DNA of 32,000 bases from Acinetobacter wanghuae (GTDB lineage: Bacteria > Pseudomonadota > Gammaproteobacteria > Pseudomonadales > Moraxellaceae): positions 1,200,001 to 1,232,000 of the forward strand of contig NZ_CP045650.1 of NCBI RefSeq assembly GCF_009557235.1, written 5' to 3'. The position numbers and the translations under genes were made by a program. Shown piece by piece: positions 18,686 through 28,900 of this stretch (its first letter is position 1; every line of letters begins with the position of its first letter). The notes beneath the pieces are model-generated. The model was given only the letters and a program-made list of their open reading frames with translations, did no database searches and was not told the DNA's origin.

Positions 18686-19921
18686 TCACAAAACTTGAAT
18701 ATTTTTTAAAATAATCGGTTTAGCCGCATAAAAACGATTACGTCCCAATAATTTGGCTTGGTATAAGGCATCGTCTGCATGACGAATAAATTGATTTATG
18801 CTTTCTTGCTCGTTGGGAAAAACAGTGGCACAGCCAATGCTCACTGTTACATGATCCGCGACTTGACTGCAAGGGTGTGGTAGCTGCATTTCATTGATTT
18901 GTAGGATGAGTCTTTGTGCAATTTCTTCAATTTTGCGTTCATCAATATTTGGAAATAACAATAAAAATTCCTCACCACCATAACGTGCTGCCATCTCAAA
19001 ACTGCGTGAGGTAATCAGCTTTAAATGATCAGCAATAATTTGTAGGCAGCGGTCGCCACCCAAATGTCCAAAATGATCGTTATAGTTTTTAAAATAGTCG
19101 ATATCGACCATCATAATACTTAAAGGCGTTTGATGGCGAAGGGCATAACGCCACTGTTGATCCAAGCATTCAGCCAAATGGCGACGATTCGCCAGTCCAG
19201 TCAAGGCATCAAGTTGGGTCAGGCGCTCAAGTTTAAGGGCTTGTTCGGTTAATTCTTTTTTATTCAATTCGATCATGCAATTTTGTAAATAATTTTCACG
19301 ATGCTGCCGATCAATTGCATACGCGATTGACATGCCTAAGAAACTACTAAAAGTGTAGGTTCGATTTAAAAAAGTCCAATCAATATCGTAATTAAATTTA
19401 ATGGTCACGAGATAACCAATGAGTCCGCCACTCCAACCGGCAATCATCGCATTGTAAAAACGCATACCGACAAAGCTATAAATAATGACCACGGCATACA
19501 TCATGGCAGCATGTAATAGGGCATTGTCATTCTTGTCACCAATCATGGTAATAACCATAAATGAGATCGCGACAGCGCCCGCAGAACCGAGTGTCGTATA
19601 GGCATCGAAATGGCGGTTTAAACTTTTTATAAAAGACAAACCCCATGCCACCAAAATAATGACGCCCACCCATGCATATAAACCAAACCAATGCAGTGCT
19701 GTTTGACTGTTGGGAATGGTCTTATAAATCCCGTAACTCAGAAATAAGTACAAAATTAAAATAATGAAGCCACGATAGCGAAATTCGTAGGCCGCTTCTT
19801 CACAATATTGTTGACGATAAATTGACTCAAGCTCATGCGTGAAGTGAACATAATTCAACCCTCGATGTATCAGAGCGCTGATTTTTTCACGACTAATGAT
19901 ATTTGAGCCAGTTAACTTCAT
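18686..19921 (-). CDS. Membrane-anchored diguanylate cyclase (GGDEF domain)
   Basis: 411 aa. About 200-aa N-terminal region with five or six hydrophobic helices, a coiled linker, then a GGDEF domain with LTGLANRR and an active-site GGEEF (RYGGEEF). Confidence 0.85.
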   Translation of the reverse strand: MKLTGSNIISREKISALIHRGLNYVHFTHELESIYRQQYCEEAAYEFRYRGFIILILYLFLSYGIYKTIPNSQTALHWFGLYAWVGVIILVAWGLSFIKSLNRHFDAYTTLGSAGAVAISFMVITMIGDKNDNALLHAAMMYAVVIIYSFVGMRFYNAMIAGWSGGLIGYLVTIKFNYDIDWTFLNRTYTFSSFLGMSIAYAIDRQHRENYLQNCMIELNKKELTEQALKLERLTQLDALTGLANRRHLAECLDQQWRYALRHQTPLSIMMVDIDYFKNYNDHFGHLGGDRCLQIIADHLKLITSRSFEMAARYGGEEFLLLFPNIDERKIEEIAQRLILQINEMQLPHPCSQVADHVTVSIGCATVFPNEQESINQFIRHADDALYQAKLLGRNRFYAAKPIILKNIQVL

Positions 19922-20241
19922 ATTTAAACCATTTTTAATAATAAGTATTATGGAATCTCAGAATAGTAAATATGCATTAACTCATATTCTTTAAAATATT
20001 AAATAGCATAAAAAAATCAAATGGCTCAAGTAACGAAATGAAAAAATTGTATCATTTGTTAAAATATAATAATTATGTGATAAGGGTATTAATACCTAGG
20101 ATGAATTACAAAATTAAATAATATCCATCTTGCATATTAAAATATGCTGATGAAATATAGTATATAAATAAATCGATTTATATCGTATCTCATAATTCAA
20201 ATAATATGATCAAAAGAACTTAAAGAAAAAAGGATAGAATC

Positions 20242-21015
20242 ATGACAACAGCATTACGTAGCTATGAAAAGGCCTTAGAAATTACTGAACATAATGAATG
20301 GTCACAGACATTTTGGAATGATTTATTACCGTTTAAAGATCGTATTAGTCAGCATCCTTTTTTTGTCTCCATGGCAGATGGAACCTTGACGGTTGAATGT
20401 TTCCGCTATGCGCTGCTTAATTTTTATCCATTGGTAGCACATTTTCCTTCTTATATGGGGCTTGCCTTGTCGAAAGCCATACAGTTTGATGAATCTGGAG
20501 TGATCGAAACGCGTGATTGGCTGATTCAAAATATTAAGGTCGAGGAGCGGCATTTAAATTGGTATCGTGACTGGGCACAAGGCTTTGGTTTAAGCATCGC
20601 TGAGCTTGATGCAGTAGAACCTTCAGCCGCGATGAATGCCGTCAATCACTTTTTATGGAATATCAATACCCGTGGGGATTTAGTTGAAAGTTTGGCTGCG
20701 ACAAATTTAGCCATTGAATGGGCAACAGGCGATTGGAGTTGCCGAGTATATGCCGGTGTTCAGTCTTATCAAGCGCATCCAGAAATCAATATTGATAAAC
20801 GCTCCTTGGCATGGTTAAGGGCACATGCACATTATGATGATTTGCATCCTTATGAAGCAATGGAACTTATAAAACGCTTATGTGGCGATGATCTTTATAG
20901 ACAGCGAAAGGCATTTAATGCTGCGAAAGAAGGTTTAGCTTATTATGAACTCGCCCTTGATGAATGTTATAGAATTCAAGTCAAAAAAAATACTATAAGT
21001 AATATGAAATCTTAA
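20242..21015 (+). CDS. undA: UndA-like heme-oxygenase-fold non-heme di-iron enzyme (TenA/PqqC-like superfamily); candidate fatty-acid oxidative decarboxylase (1-alkene synthase)
   Basis: 257 aa. Motifs NIKVEERH (E101, H104), ATNLAIEWATGDWS (E159) and WLRAHAHYDDLHPYEAMELI (H195, D199, H202) closely resemble the Pseudomonas UndA sequence and its ligand positions as I recall them. Preceded by GGATAG about 5 nt before the ATG. The symbol is tentative. Confidence 0.6.
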   Translation: MTTALRSYEKALEITEHNEWSQTFWNDLLPFKDRISQHPFFVSMADGTLTVECFRYALLNFYPLVAHFPSYMGLALSKAIQFDESGVIETRDWLIQNIKVEERHLNWYRDWAQGFGLSIAELDAVEPSAAMNAVNHFLWNINTRGDLVESLAATNLAIEWATGDWSCRVYAGVQSYQAHPEINIDKRSLAWLRAHAHYDDLHPYEAMELIKRLCGDDLYRQRKAFNAAKEGLAYYELALDECYRIQVKKNTISNMKS

Positions 21016-21055
21016 AGCTAACTTCACATAAAAATAAATAGAAAGTAATAAGACT

Positions 21056-21086
21056 AAAAAAAGCCGAATATAATTCGGCTTTTTTT
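21056..21086. terminator. Bidirectional rho-independent terminator between convergent genes
   Basis: A7, stem GCCGAAT / ATTCGGC with a 3-nt loop, then T7 (21080-21086). Confidence 0.75.
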
Positions 21087-21099
21087 AATTGAGTGAATA

Positions 21100-23106
21100 T
21101 TAAGGTTTATATATCCCTAATTCAGTTAAATGCAGTCTTAAAATACGGCGTAATTCGAGTACAGCTTCAGGCGTTTCTTGAATAGAATGTCCACCTTTTA
21201 AGATTTTTTCCGAAATTGCACCCTCTAAATGCGCACTTCGATAGGGCACAATATCATCCGTAATTAAATTGAGATCATCTAAACCTGTGTTATTACCCAT
21301 AATAGAATGGAATTTAAAACCTTTATATGGCGTAATATCTTTGGTGAGTTGGGTGAATTTTGAGTTTTTGGATAAATCACTTGGACCATTTTGGATAATC
21401 CCATGCCCAAGTTCTTTGACGAAGTCATCCAGTCCTATTTGACCTTGTAACGTGTCGGCAAAAGCACCTAAAAATGCACCCGGTAATTTAATAATTTTAC
21501 GTGCCGCACGGGTAAACCAACGATCTGCATAATCTGTTCCGCGATGTGGAGATGCTAAAAATATCGCGCGATCAAATTGAGGAATCGCCTGCATTTGTAA
21601 CCGTGCTTTAAATAGCGGGTTATTTTTAAATTGATCGAGTTTACGGTTGTTGACCAGTTTTTGCGTATCGTTCACGAGGTCAGCATTACTGACTAATAAT
21701 CGAGAAATAATACCGCCCATGCTATGCCCAATAAGCACTGCATCTTTGGCAGCGGCAGCATTTGGTTGCACTTGATCAAAAGCTTGCGTCACAATGCTAT
21801 GAATTTGAAAGCGGCTTTCCAAAATAGGCATATTGGTGGAGTAAAACACTTGCCAGACTTGGAAGTTTTCTCGTAACACTGGATCGCCCATAATATCATT
21901 GGTCAGGCGAATCCACGCTTCTGGACTACTGGCTAAACCATGCACCAAAACAATCACTTTTTTGTCTGGATTATAAGGTTCAAGCATATATAAATGCGGC
22001 ATCAGAATTTGATCATCACGATCAATTAAGCTTAAATAAGCTGAACGACCTAAGTTATTTTCAGCAAGCCATAGCCCATAAGGTGCAGAGAAATTCGCAG
22101 CAAGCGGGTAATCACGACCAGCAATTTTCACTTTTTCATTTTTATACGGATCATAAAGTTTTAAGTGAAATTCAGGGTTGGTGAGGATATCTTTTACATC
22201 ACGTTGTGATTTTGGTTGTGCTGTAATGGTGGTGGCTAAATAGCGAGCATCATGAATATTGGGATTTATTCCATTTGGATATTTATGGTTCAATGGATCG
22301 ACAATATATTTAGCTTTTGTGTTGGGTGGATTTTTATCTTCAGGCATCACCACTAAAAATTCAGAACCGAAACCATCACGGCGTGTTACTGAGCGCAGAC
22401 CTGAGAAATTCATGTTATAGGTCGATAAAAGCTGTTCGGCCTTTTTCTCTTTGAGCTGTGGATAAAACTCAAAATCAACATGATAGATACTTTCACCAAT
22501 TTGCAAACGACGACTGGCTTCTGTACTGGTATGACGTTGGTTATAGGCTTGAACTAAGTGTGCAATCGCAAGGTTATAAAAATCTCGAATTTGTACTTGG
22601 CGGTTATCGAAAATACGGTCTTGAGGAACACGCTCTGTTTTAAAGAGATAGGCATAACTATAGCGAATGCTTTTATCAAGCATTGCCAATTGGGTGTCTA
22701 AACATTTTTCGATAGTTTGCTTTTGTAATAACTGTTTTTCATCGGACTGTGTCTTGCTGAGTACACTGGTTTTACATTCTGATGATTTGCCAAGCTGTAT
22801 AGATTTGGCAAGGAACAGTTCACTGGCTGTTGATAACAATTGTTCATCTAAAATTTGTGGAATTTTTTGTAATTCTTCAACACATTGTTCCGGTTGATTC
22901 ATACAATTTTTCGACTCACGACCGGTCATCGACAGCACATTCAAGCTTGCTTCACTGAGTTTATCACGGGTGAGAATACTGTCTCGTTCATTGGAAATAC
23001 TGACATTGATCTTTTGATTTTTTACACTCACGACCTGACAACCGGTCAAGGAGCTTAAAAAAATTGCTGAGCATAGCCATAATGCTTTATTCATTTTATA
23101 GTGCAT
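21100..23106 (-). CDS. Lipoprotein with C-terminal alpha/beta-hydrolase (lipase/esterase-like) domain and a large uncharacterised N-terminal region
   Basis: 668 aa. Signal peptide plus lipobox (ALWLCSAIFLSSLTG-C). C-terminal fold markers VLVHGLASSPEAW and nucleophile elbow GHSMGG. I cannot assign a family to the first ~380 aa. Confidence 0.7.
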   Translation of the reverse strand: MHYKMNKALWLCSAIFLSSLTGCQVVSVKNQKINVSISNERDSILTRDKLSEASLNVLSMTGRESKNCMNQPEQCVEELQKIPQILDEQLLSTASELFLAKSIQLGKSSECKTSVLSKTQSDEKQLLQKQTIEKCLDTQLAMLDKSIRYSYAYLFKTERVPQDRIFDNRQVQIRDFYNLAIAHLVQAYNQRHTSTEASRRLQIGESIYHVDFEFYPQLKEKKAEQLLSTYNMNFSGLRSVTRRDGFGSEFLVVMPEDKNPPNTKAKYIVDPLNHKYPNGINPNIHDARYLATTITAQPKSQRDVKDILTNPEFHLKLYDPYKNEKVKIAGRDYPLAANFSAPYGLWLAENNLGRSAYLSLIDRDDQILMPHLYMLEPYNPDKKVIVLVHGLASSPEAWIRLTNDIMGDPVLRENFQVWQVFYSTNMPILESRFQIHSIVTQAFDQVQPNAAAAKDAVLIGHSMGGIISRLLVSNADLVNDTQKLVNNRKLDQFKNNPLFKARLQMQAIPQFDRAIFLASPHRGTDYADRWFTRAARKIIKLPGAFLGAFADTLQGQIGLDDFVKELGHGIIQNGPSDLSKNSKFTQLTKDITPYKGFKFHSIMGNNTGLDDLNLITDDIVPYRSAHLEGAISEKILKGGHSIQETPEAVLELRRILRLHLTELGIYKP

Positions 23107-23172
23107 AAAAATTTATTTGCTCGATAGAGATGTGAATGTTAATTCGTTGTATTTTACTAATATTTATATAAT

Positions 23173-23195
23173 AAAAAAGACTGCCGAAGCAGTCT
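23173..23195 (-). terminator. Rho-independent terminator after the TPR-like lipoprotein gene
   Basis: Stem AGACTGC / GCAGTCT, loop CGAA. On the minus strand it is followed by T6 (complement of 23173-23178). Confidence 0.65.
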
Positions 23196-23225
23196 AATTT
23201 GTAACTTTGCACAACAAATGTCGTA

Positions 23226-24143
23226 TTAAGTTTTTGGTGTCATTACTTGCCATACATTCCAACGACCTTGTTTCTCAATTTCTTGAATCAAACGGTCAGC
23301 CACTTCAGCTTCTTGTGGATATTTAATCTTGTAGTTTTTTAAAGTTTGAACGGCATTCTTTTTATTTTCCATTGCAATATAGTTGTTTGCAGCAGATAAA
23401 TACGCTTCTTGAACGCCCGCTTTCATGGCTTTATCTAGGTATGGAATCGCTTCACGTTGACCACCACCTTCAGACAAACCAAAACCAAACCAGAAGTTTG
23501 CTTCTGCATCATCTTGGTTGATTTTTAAAATGCGCTGTGCGTAGTTCATTGACTTCGTGGTGTATACCGAACCTAAGTCCAAATTACGTGCCATGACACT
23601 GGCTTTAAATGCACGAACAAGAATATCGAACGATGCATTATCTTTTACAGCAAGGGTGTCGAGTTGTTGAGTTAACTCTTTTAGTTTTGCTTCAAAGCCT
23701 TTACGTTCTTGACGCTCAGTAAAGCGAGGTGGGTAATGACGTGCTTTACCTTCAACCAATTGTAAGAAATCATCAATTTCAGTGATATCAATTTCGTTGT
23801 CGCCTGCAAGTGCAGCATAGCGTACAGAACGTGTGTTGCTATTCACGGTTGGAACGATGAGTTTATTGGTATCAAGTGTTAACGTTTTGCCTGGCGCATC
23901 GCTACGATTGACCACCATTTTTGTGACAGGTTGCGCTGCCGCTTTTTGCAAATGAACTTCAAATGCAGGCGGCTCATTATAATTAAATGGATTTAAGGCA
24001 TAGAATGGCGCAGAAAGTTGTGGCTCTGTGAAGACCATTGCATCTTTAGACTGAGCATTATGTTTGTTTGGTGTTGTTGAACACGCTGTTATGCCGAGGG
24101 CTAAGACCGCGAGTGCCAAAGGCTTTAAAGTCATAATATCCAT
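23226..24143 (-). CDS. Putative lipoprotein with C-terminal TPR/Sel1-like helical repeats (function unknown)
   Basis: 305 aa. Signal peptide with lipobox-like LALGITA-C. The C-terminal third (EANFWFGFGLSEGGGQREAIPYLDKAMKAGVQEAYLSAANNYIAMENKKNAVQTLKNY) looks like TPR/Sel1 repeats. Start is ATG 24143 or ATG 24134. Confidence 0.55.
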   Translation of the reverse strand: MDIMTLKPLALAVLALGITACSTTPNKHNAQSKDAMVFTEPQLSAPFYALNPFNYNEPPAFEVHLQKAAAQPVTKMVVNRSDAPGKTLTLDTNKLIVPTVNSNTRSVRYAALAGDNEIDITEIDDFLQLVEGKARHYPPRFTERQERKGFEAKLKELTQQLDTLAVKDNASFDILVRAFKASVMARNLDLGSVYTTKSMNYAQRILKINQDDAEANFWFGFGLSEGGGQREAIPYLDKAMKAGVQEAYLSAANNYIAMENKKNAVQTLKNYKIKYPQEAEVADRLIQEIEKQGRWNVWQVMTPKT

Positions 24144-24244
24144 CCATTTGTGTTATTTTCTAAAGAAAGTTGTCTGTGAGTCAGTCTAAAAAAGTTATAT
24201 GCAACATGCAAGGTTTGGCGTGTTACATATTGAAATGTTCATAA

Positions 24245-25054
24245 TCACGCTTTGGATTGCTGGGTTTGCGCTTCGCATTCACGACGCGCATTGTCTAGAA
24301 TCTTTAATTCTTCTTCGCTAAATGGCTGATCTTCAGATTTGTTTTTCTTAAAGGTCGGATCAAGCAAAGATAGACGGTTGCATAAAGTATTCATACGTTT
24401 TTCATTTTGTTGAATACGATCAAGCAAAATACGCATGCCTTCTAAAATCGGATCAGATTGTTCTTCCGTCGCGGCATAAGGTTGGAAGCCAATACTTTGT
24501 GCATAATCACGGCGACGCGCTTCAGCATCATCAGCGGGTTTGTCTTTGGTGATAAAGCGCGCAGGGTTGCCTACAGCCGTCGTATTTTCAGGTACGGCCT
24601 TGGTGACGACCGCATTTGAGCCGACTTTGGCATTTTTACCCACGGTAAATGGACCTAAAATTTTAGCGCCCGCGCCAACAACAACACCATCTTCTAATGT
24701 TGGATGACGTTTGCCTTTATTCCATGTGGTGCCACCTAAGGTCACACCATGATATAGGGTAACATCATCACCAATTTCTGCGGTTTCACCGATCACGACA
24801 CCCATGCCATGATCAATGAAAAAGCGACGACCAATTTTTGCACCCGGATGAATTTCAATTCCCGTGGCAAAACGGCTCAATGAAGATAATGCGCGTGCTG
24901 AACCCTTACAATCTTTGTTCCATAACTCATGTGCAACACGGTGCATAATCAGCGCGTGAATGCCAGGATAAGTGGTTAAGACTTCTAGGGTATTACGTGC
25001 GGCAGGGTCGCGCGCAAAGACAGCTTGAATATCCTCTTTGAGCTGTTTCAGCAT
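24245..25054 (-). CDS. cysE: Serine O-acetyltransferase
   Basis: [30 protein letters not shown] plus hexapeptide repeats ([29 protein letters not shown]) are diagnostic of CysE. The track ORF reaches 25102; ATG 25054 ([19 protein letters not shown]) overlaps the trmJ stop as TAATG and is the likely start. Confidence 0.9.
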   Translation of the reverse strand: MLKQLKEDIQAVFARDPAARNTLEVLTTYPGIHALIMHRVAHELWNKDCKGSARALSSLSRFATGIEIHPGAKIGRRFFIDHGMGVVIGETAEIGDDVTLYHGVTLGGTTWNKGKRHPTLEDGVVVGAGAKILGPFTVGKNAKVGSNAVVTKAVPENTTAVGNPARFITKDKPADDAEARRRDYAQSIGFQPYAATEEQSDPILEGMRILLDRIQQNEKRMNTLCNRLSLLDPTFKKNKSEDQPFSEEELKILDNARRECEAQTQQSKA

Positions 25055-25902
25055 TAGATTGAATCCTTGTCCGATGTCGATGTATCTGTTGATTTTTTCC
25101 ATGTGCCATTATTTAAGGCTTGCACACGGCTGAAAATACCACGAAGTAAATGATATTCCATACGATCTAATTGTATACGTCCAAAAAGACGACGCAAGCG
25201 TAATGGCAATAATCGTGGGTTTTTTGGATCCATAAATTCAATTTCAGCCAACATTTTTTCTAAATGCGGATAAAACTGTTCCATTTGCGCATGTTCAACC
25301 AAAGGTTCATCCCATTGCATATCAATATCATCAGTGACATGCATTTTAGCTTCGGGATTAACAATCTCTTCAGTTTTTGCCATAGCTGCCATACGCATTT
25401 CATAGCAAATGACTTGAATGGCTTGTGCGACATTCAGTACGCCGTAATCTGTATTGACTGGAATGGTGACATGATAGTTTGCCATCGCCAATTCTTCATT
25501 GGTGAGACCACGATCTTCACGCCCAAATACGACAGCCACTTCTTGCTTCGATTCCACCACGGCACTTAATGATTTTTCTGCAGCAGGGCGAGCATCGAGT
25601 AATGGCCAAGGAATGGTGCGACTACGCGCACTGGTACCAAAGACCAAATGACAATCTTGGATTGCTTCTTCAAGTGTGTCGACAATTTCAATCTGTTCAA
25701 TCAGATCGACTGCGCCCGCAGCTAACGCGTTGATGTCAGGATGCGGATAAGTTTTTGGTGCAACCAATACCAGTTTAGATAAGCCCATGGTTTTCATGGC
25801 ACGTAATGCACTACCAATGTTGGCTGGTAGGGTGGTATTGACCATGACAATACGCACATGGGAGAGATGTGCTGAAATGGCAGCATTGTCAAATTGACTC
25901 AT
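25054..25902 (-). CDS. trmJ: tRNA (cytidine/uridine-2'-O-)-methyltransferase TrmJ (SpoU/TrmH family)
   Basis: 282 aa. [34 protein letters not shown] and [14 protein letters not shown] ... [13 protein letters not shown] match the SPOUT class TrmJ pattern. The trmJ-cysE pairing is as I recall in Pseudomonas. Confidence 0.85.
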   Translation of the reverse strand: MSQFDNAAISAHLSHVRIVMVNTTLPANIGSALRAMKTMGLSKLVLVAPKTYPHPDINALAAGAVDLIEQIEIVDTLEEAIQDCHLVFGTSARSRTIPWPLLDARPAAEKSLSAVVESKQEVAVVFGREDRGLTNEELAMANYHVTIPVNTDYGVLNVAQAIQVICYEMRMAAMAKTEEIVNPEAKMHVTDDIDMQWDEPLVEHAQMEQFYPHLEKMLAEIEFMDPKNPRLLPLRLRRLFGRIQLDRMEYHLLRGIFSRVQALNNGTWKKSTDTSTSDKDSI

Positions 25903-25930
25903 GATGATTCCAAAGATTAGATTTTAAAAA

Positions 25931-28900
25931 TTACGAATATTGTGCTTGAGATTCAGACTGATATAAGTCCAAAGCTTCGTCCATGCTCATATTGGCAGGC
26001 GGTGGCGGTACATCCACGGGTTTTGCCTGCTGATAAGACACGGCTTTGGCAGCTTTAGATTTCACTTGATATTCAATATGAATACATGATTTACCAAAGT
26101 AATCACGGAATTTGGCGAGGACCTCATCGAGGGGGGCGACTTTCCAATTGATGCCCAAATGCAATTCCGTGGTTGCATATGGATAATCCAAATACAACAC
26201 CACAGGAATGTGGGTACACATATCAATATTGGTATACGGCGTTAAAATTTGCTGTAAATCACGTCCAAGTGTGTTGGTCAAATGCTCAGGACTTAAGGTG
26301 ATTTTAATACTATTGGCACGTTTTTGGCGAATTTCATTCAGGCTAAAGGCCTTGGTTAAGCGACCTAATGGACGATCGAAACCTTCACGCTCATAAATTT
26401 CACCTTCAATCACGACAACTTTATCGACTTGGACAATGTCTTTGAAACGTTGGAAGCGTTCATGATTGGTCGAAATCTCAATTCGAGCGGTACCATCATC
26501 TAACGTTACCATCATACGATTTGGGAAGTTGGCAACATCGACAACTAAACCCGCAAAGACAGTGGTCACGCCACGGCGTGTCGGTGTAAGTTCATTAATT
26601 GGACTTGGGACAAAAGACTTCAATTCAGTTCGATAGACATCAATTGGATGACCTGTGAGGTATAAGCCTAAAGTGTCTTTTTCACCTTTGAGACGGACTT
26701 CATCTGACCAAGCTTTAACGGGTTTTGATGGTTTGCGTTGGACTTCTTCAACTTCACCAAACAAATCCATAATACCAGTTTCACGGTTCTGACGCGCTTG
26801 ATCGGCAGCTTGTACGGCTTCAGGAAGTTGAGCCATTAAGTCAGCACGTTCAATGCCTAAACAGTCCATCGCACCGGCACGAATGAGCGCTTCTAAGGTA
26901 CGTTTATTGATTTTTTTCAGATCAACACGATGGCAAAAATCGAAGATATCGCGGAACGGACCATCTTGAATGCGTGAATCAATCACCGATTGCATTGCTG
27001 CTTCACCCACACCTTTAATTGCACCTAAACCATAGACGATGGTTTTTGGGTCGCTGGCATGGAATTGGTACAGTGACATATTGATCGACGGTGGTAATAC
27101 TTGTAAACCGTTATGGCGGCAGTCATCGATAATAAACACCACGTTATCGGTGTTTTGCATCTCTGATGTCATCACCGCTGCCATAAATTCGGCAGGATAA
27201 TGTGCTTTTAACCAAGCAGTTTGATAAGCCACCAAAGCGTAGGCTGCGGCATGTGATTTGTTAAAGCCATAACCTGCGAATTTTTCCATATAATCGAAAA
27301 TATGGTTGGCAGTAGCTTCATCAATATCTTTCTTCGCAGCACCTTCGATGAAGATTTGACGATGTTTAATCATCTCCTCAACTTTCTTTTTACCCATCGC
27401 ACGACGGAGTAAATCGGCACCACCCAAGCTATAGCCTGCACAGAACTGCGCAGCCTGCATCACCTGTTCCTGATAGACCATAATCCCGTAGGTTGGCTCT
27501 AACACGCCTTCAAGCAGGGGATGTAGATATTCAAACTCACCACCGTGCATACGATGGATAAAGTCAGGAATGAGATCCATTGGACCCGGACGATATAACG
27601 ATACGAAGGCAATAATTTCTTCGAATTTACTTGGACGGGCTTCCTTGAGCATTTTTTTCATGCCCACGGATTCAAACTGGAAGACCGCCGTCGTGTTGGC
27701 TGAAGCGAAAATATCGTAAGCCGCTTTGTCGTCGAGTGGAATATAAGAAATGTCGACTGGGTCAGTAATATCAGGACGTGCATTGATATGCTTAATGGCA
27801 TCTTCAATCACGGTCAAGTTACGTAAACCCAAGAAGTCGAACTTCACCAGCCCCGCAGATTCAACATCGTCTTTATCGAACTGTGCGACACGTGCCGTAC
27901 CATCGGCGTCACACATAACTGCAGAATAATCGGTCAGTTTGGTTGGGGCAATCACCACACCACCGGCATGTTTACCGGTATTTCGGGTAATCCCTTCAAG
28001 CTTCAGCGCCATTTCCCAAATTTCAGCCGCATCGTCATTGTCTGGGTTGGCTGGATTGGTGACAATGTCTTTAAGTTGTGGTTCGGCTTCTAAGGATTCA
28101 AGCAGACTTAAACCCAAAGGTTTGGTTGGGATCATTTTCGAAATACGATCCGCTAAACCATAAGATTTACCCAAAACACGTGCCACATCTCGAATTGCAC
28201 CTTTGGCTGCCATCGTACCGAATGTTGCGATTTGAGACACTGCATCACGTCCGTAAGTCCGTGCCACATAATCAATCACGCGGTCACGACCTGCGATACA
28301 GAAATCGACGTCGAAATCGGGCATCGAAACACGTTCAGGATTTAAGAAACGTTCGAAGAGTAGATCGTAACGGAGTGGATCAAGATCGGTAATTTTTAAG
28401 CTATACGCGACCAGTGAACCAGCACCCGAACCACGACCCGGACCAACAGGTACGCCGTTGCCTTTAGACCATTGAATAAAGTCCATGACAATGAGGAAGT
28501 AACCAGGGAAGCCCATATCCAAAATAATTTTAACTTCGAATGCTAAACGTTCATCGTAAGGTTTACGAATTTCAGCCCAATCCTCGCCGCGCTGTTCAGG
28601 CGGATAAAGAAAGTTTAAGCGTTCTTCCAAACCTTCTTCGGATAAATGCGCGAAGTAGGTATCAATGGTATGGCCTTCAGGAATTGGATAATCCGGTAAG
28701 TCATTAAAACCTAAACGTAAAGTGACATTACAACGTTTGGCAATCTCAAAAGTGTTTTCAATGGCAGTCGGAATGTCAGAAAACAGTTCTGCCATTTCCT
28801 CAGCATTTTTAAAATATTGTTCAGGACTATAAGTTTTTGGACGACGATTATCACCAAGCACATAACCATCGGCAATACATACGCGCGCTTCATGCGCTTC

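Noticed and set aside
20064-20084. Fur-box-like AT-rich sequence (ATATAATAATTATGTGATAAG) upstream of the UndA-like iron enzyme gene
   Set aside because: The match to GATAATGATAATCATTATC is poor when aligned base by base. Such strings are expected by chance in an AT-rich spacer like this one.
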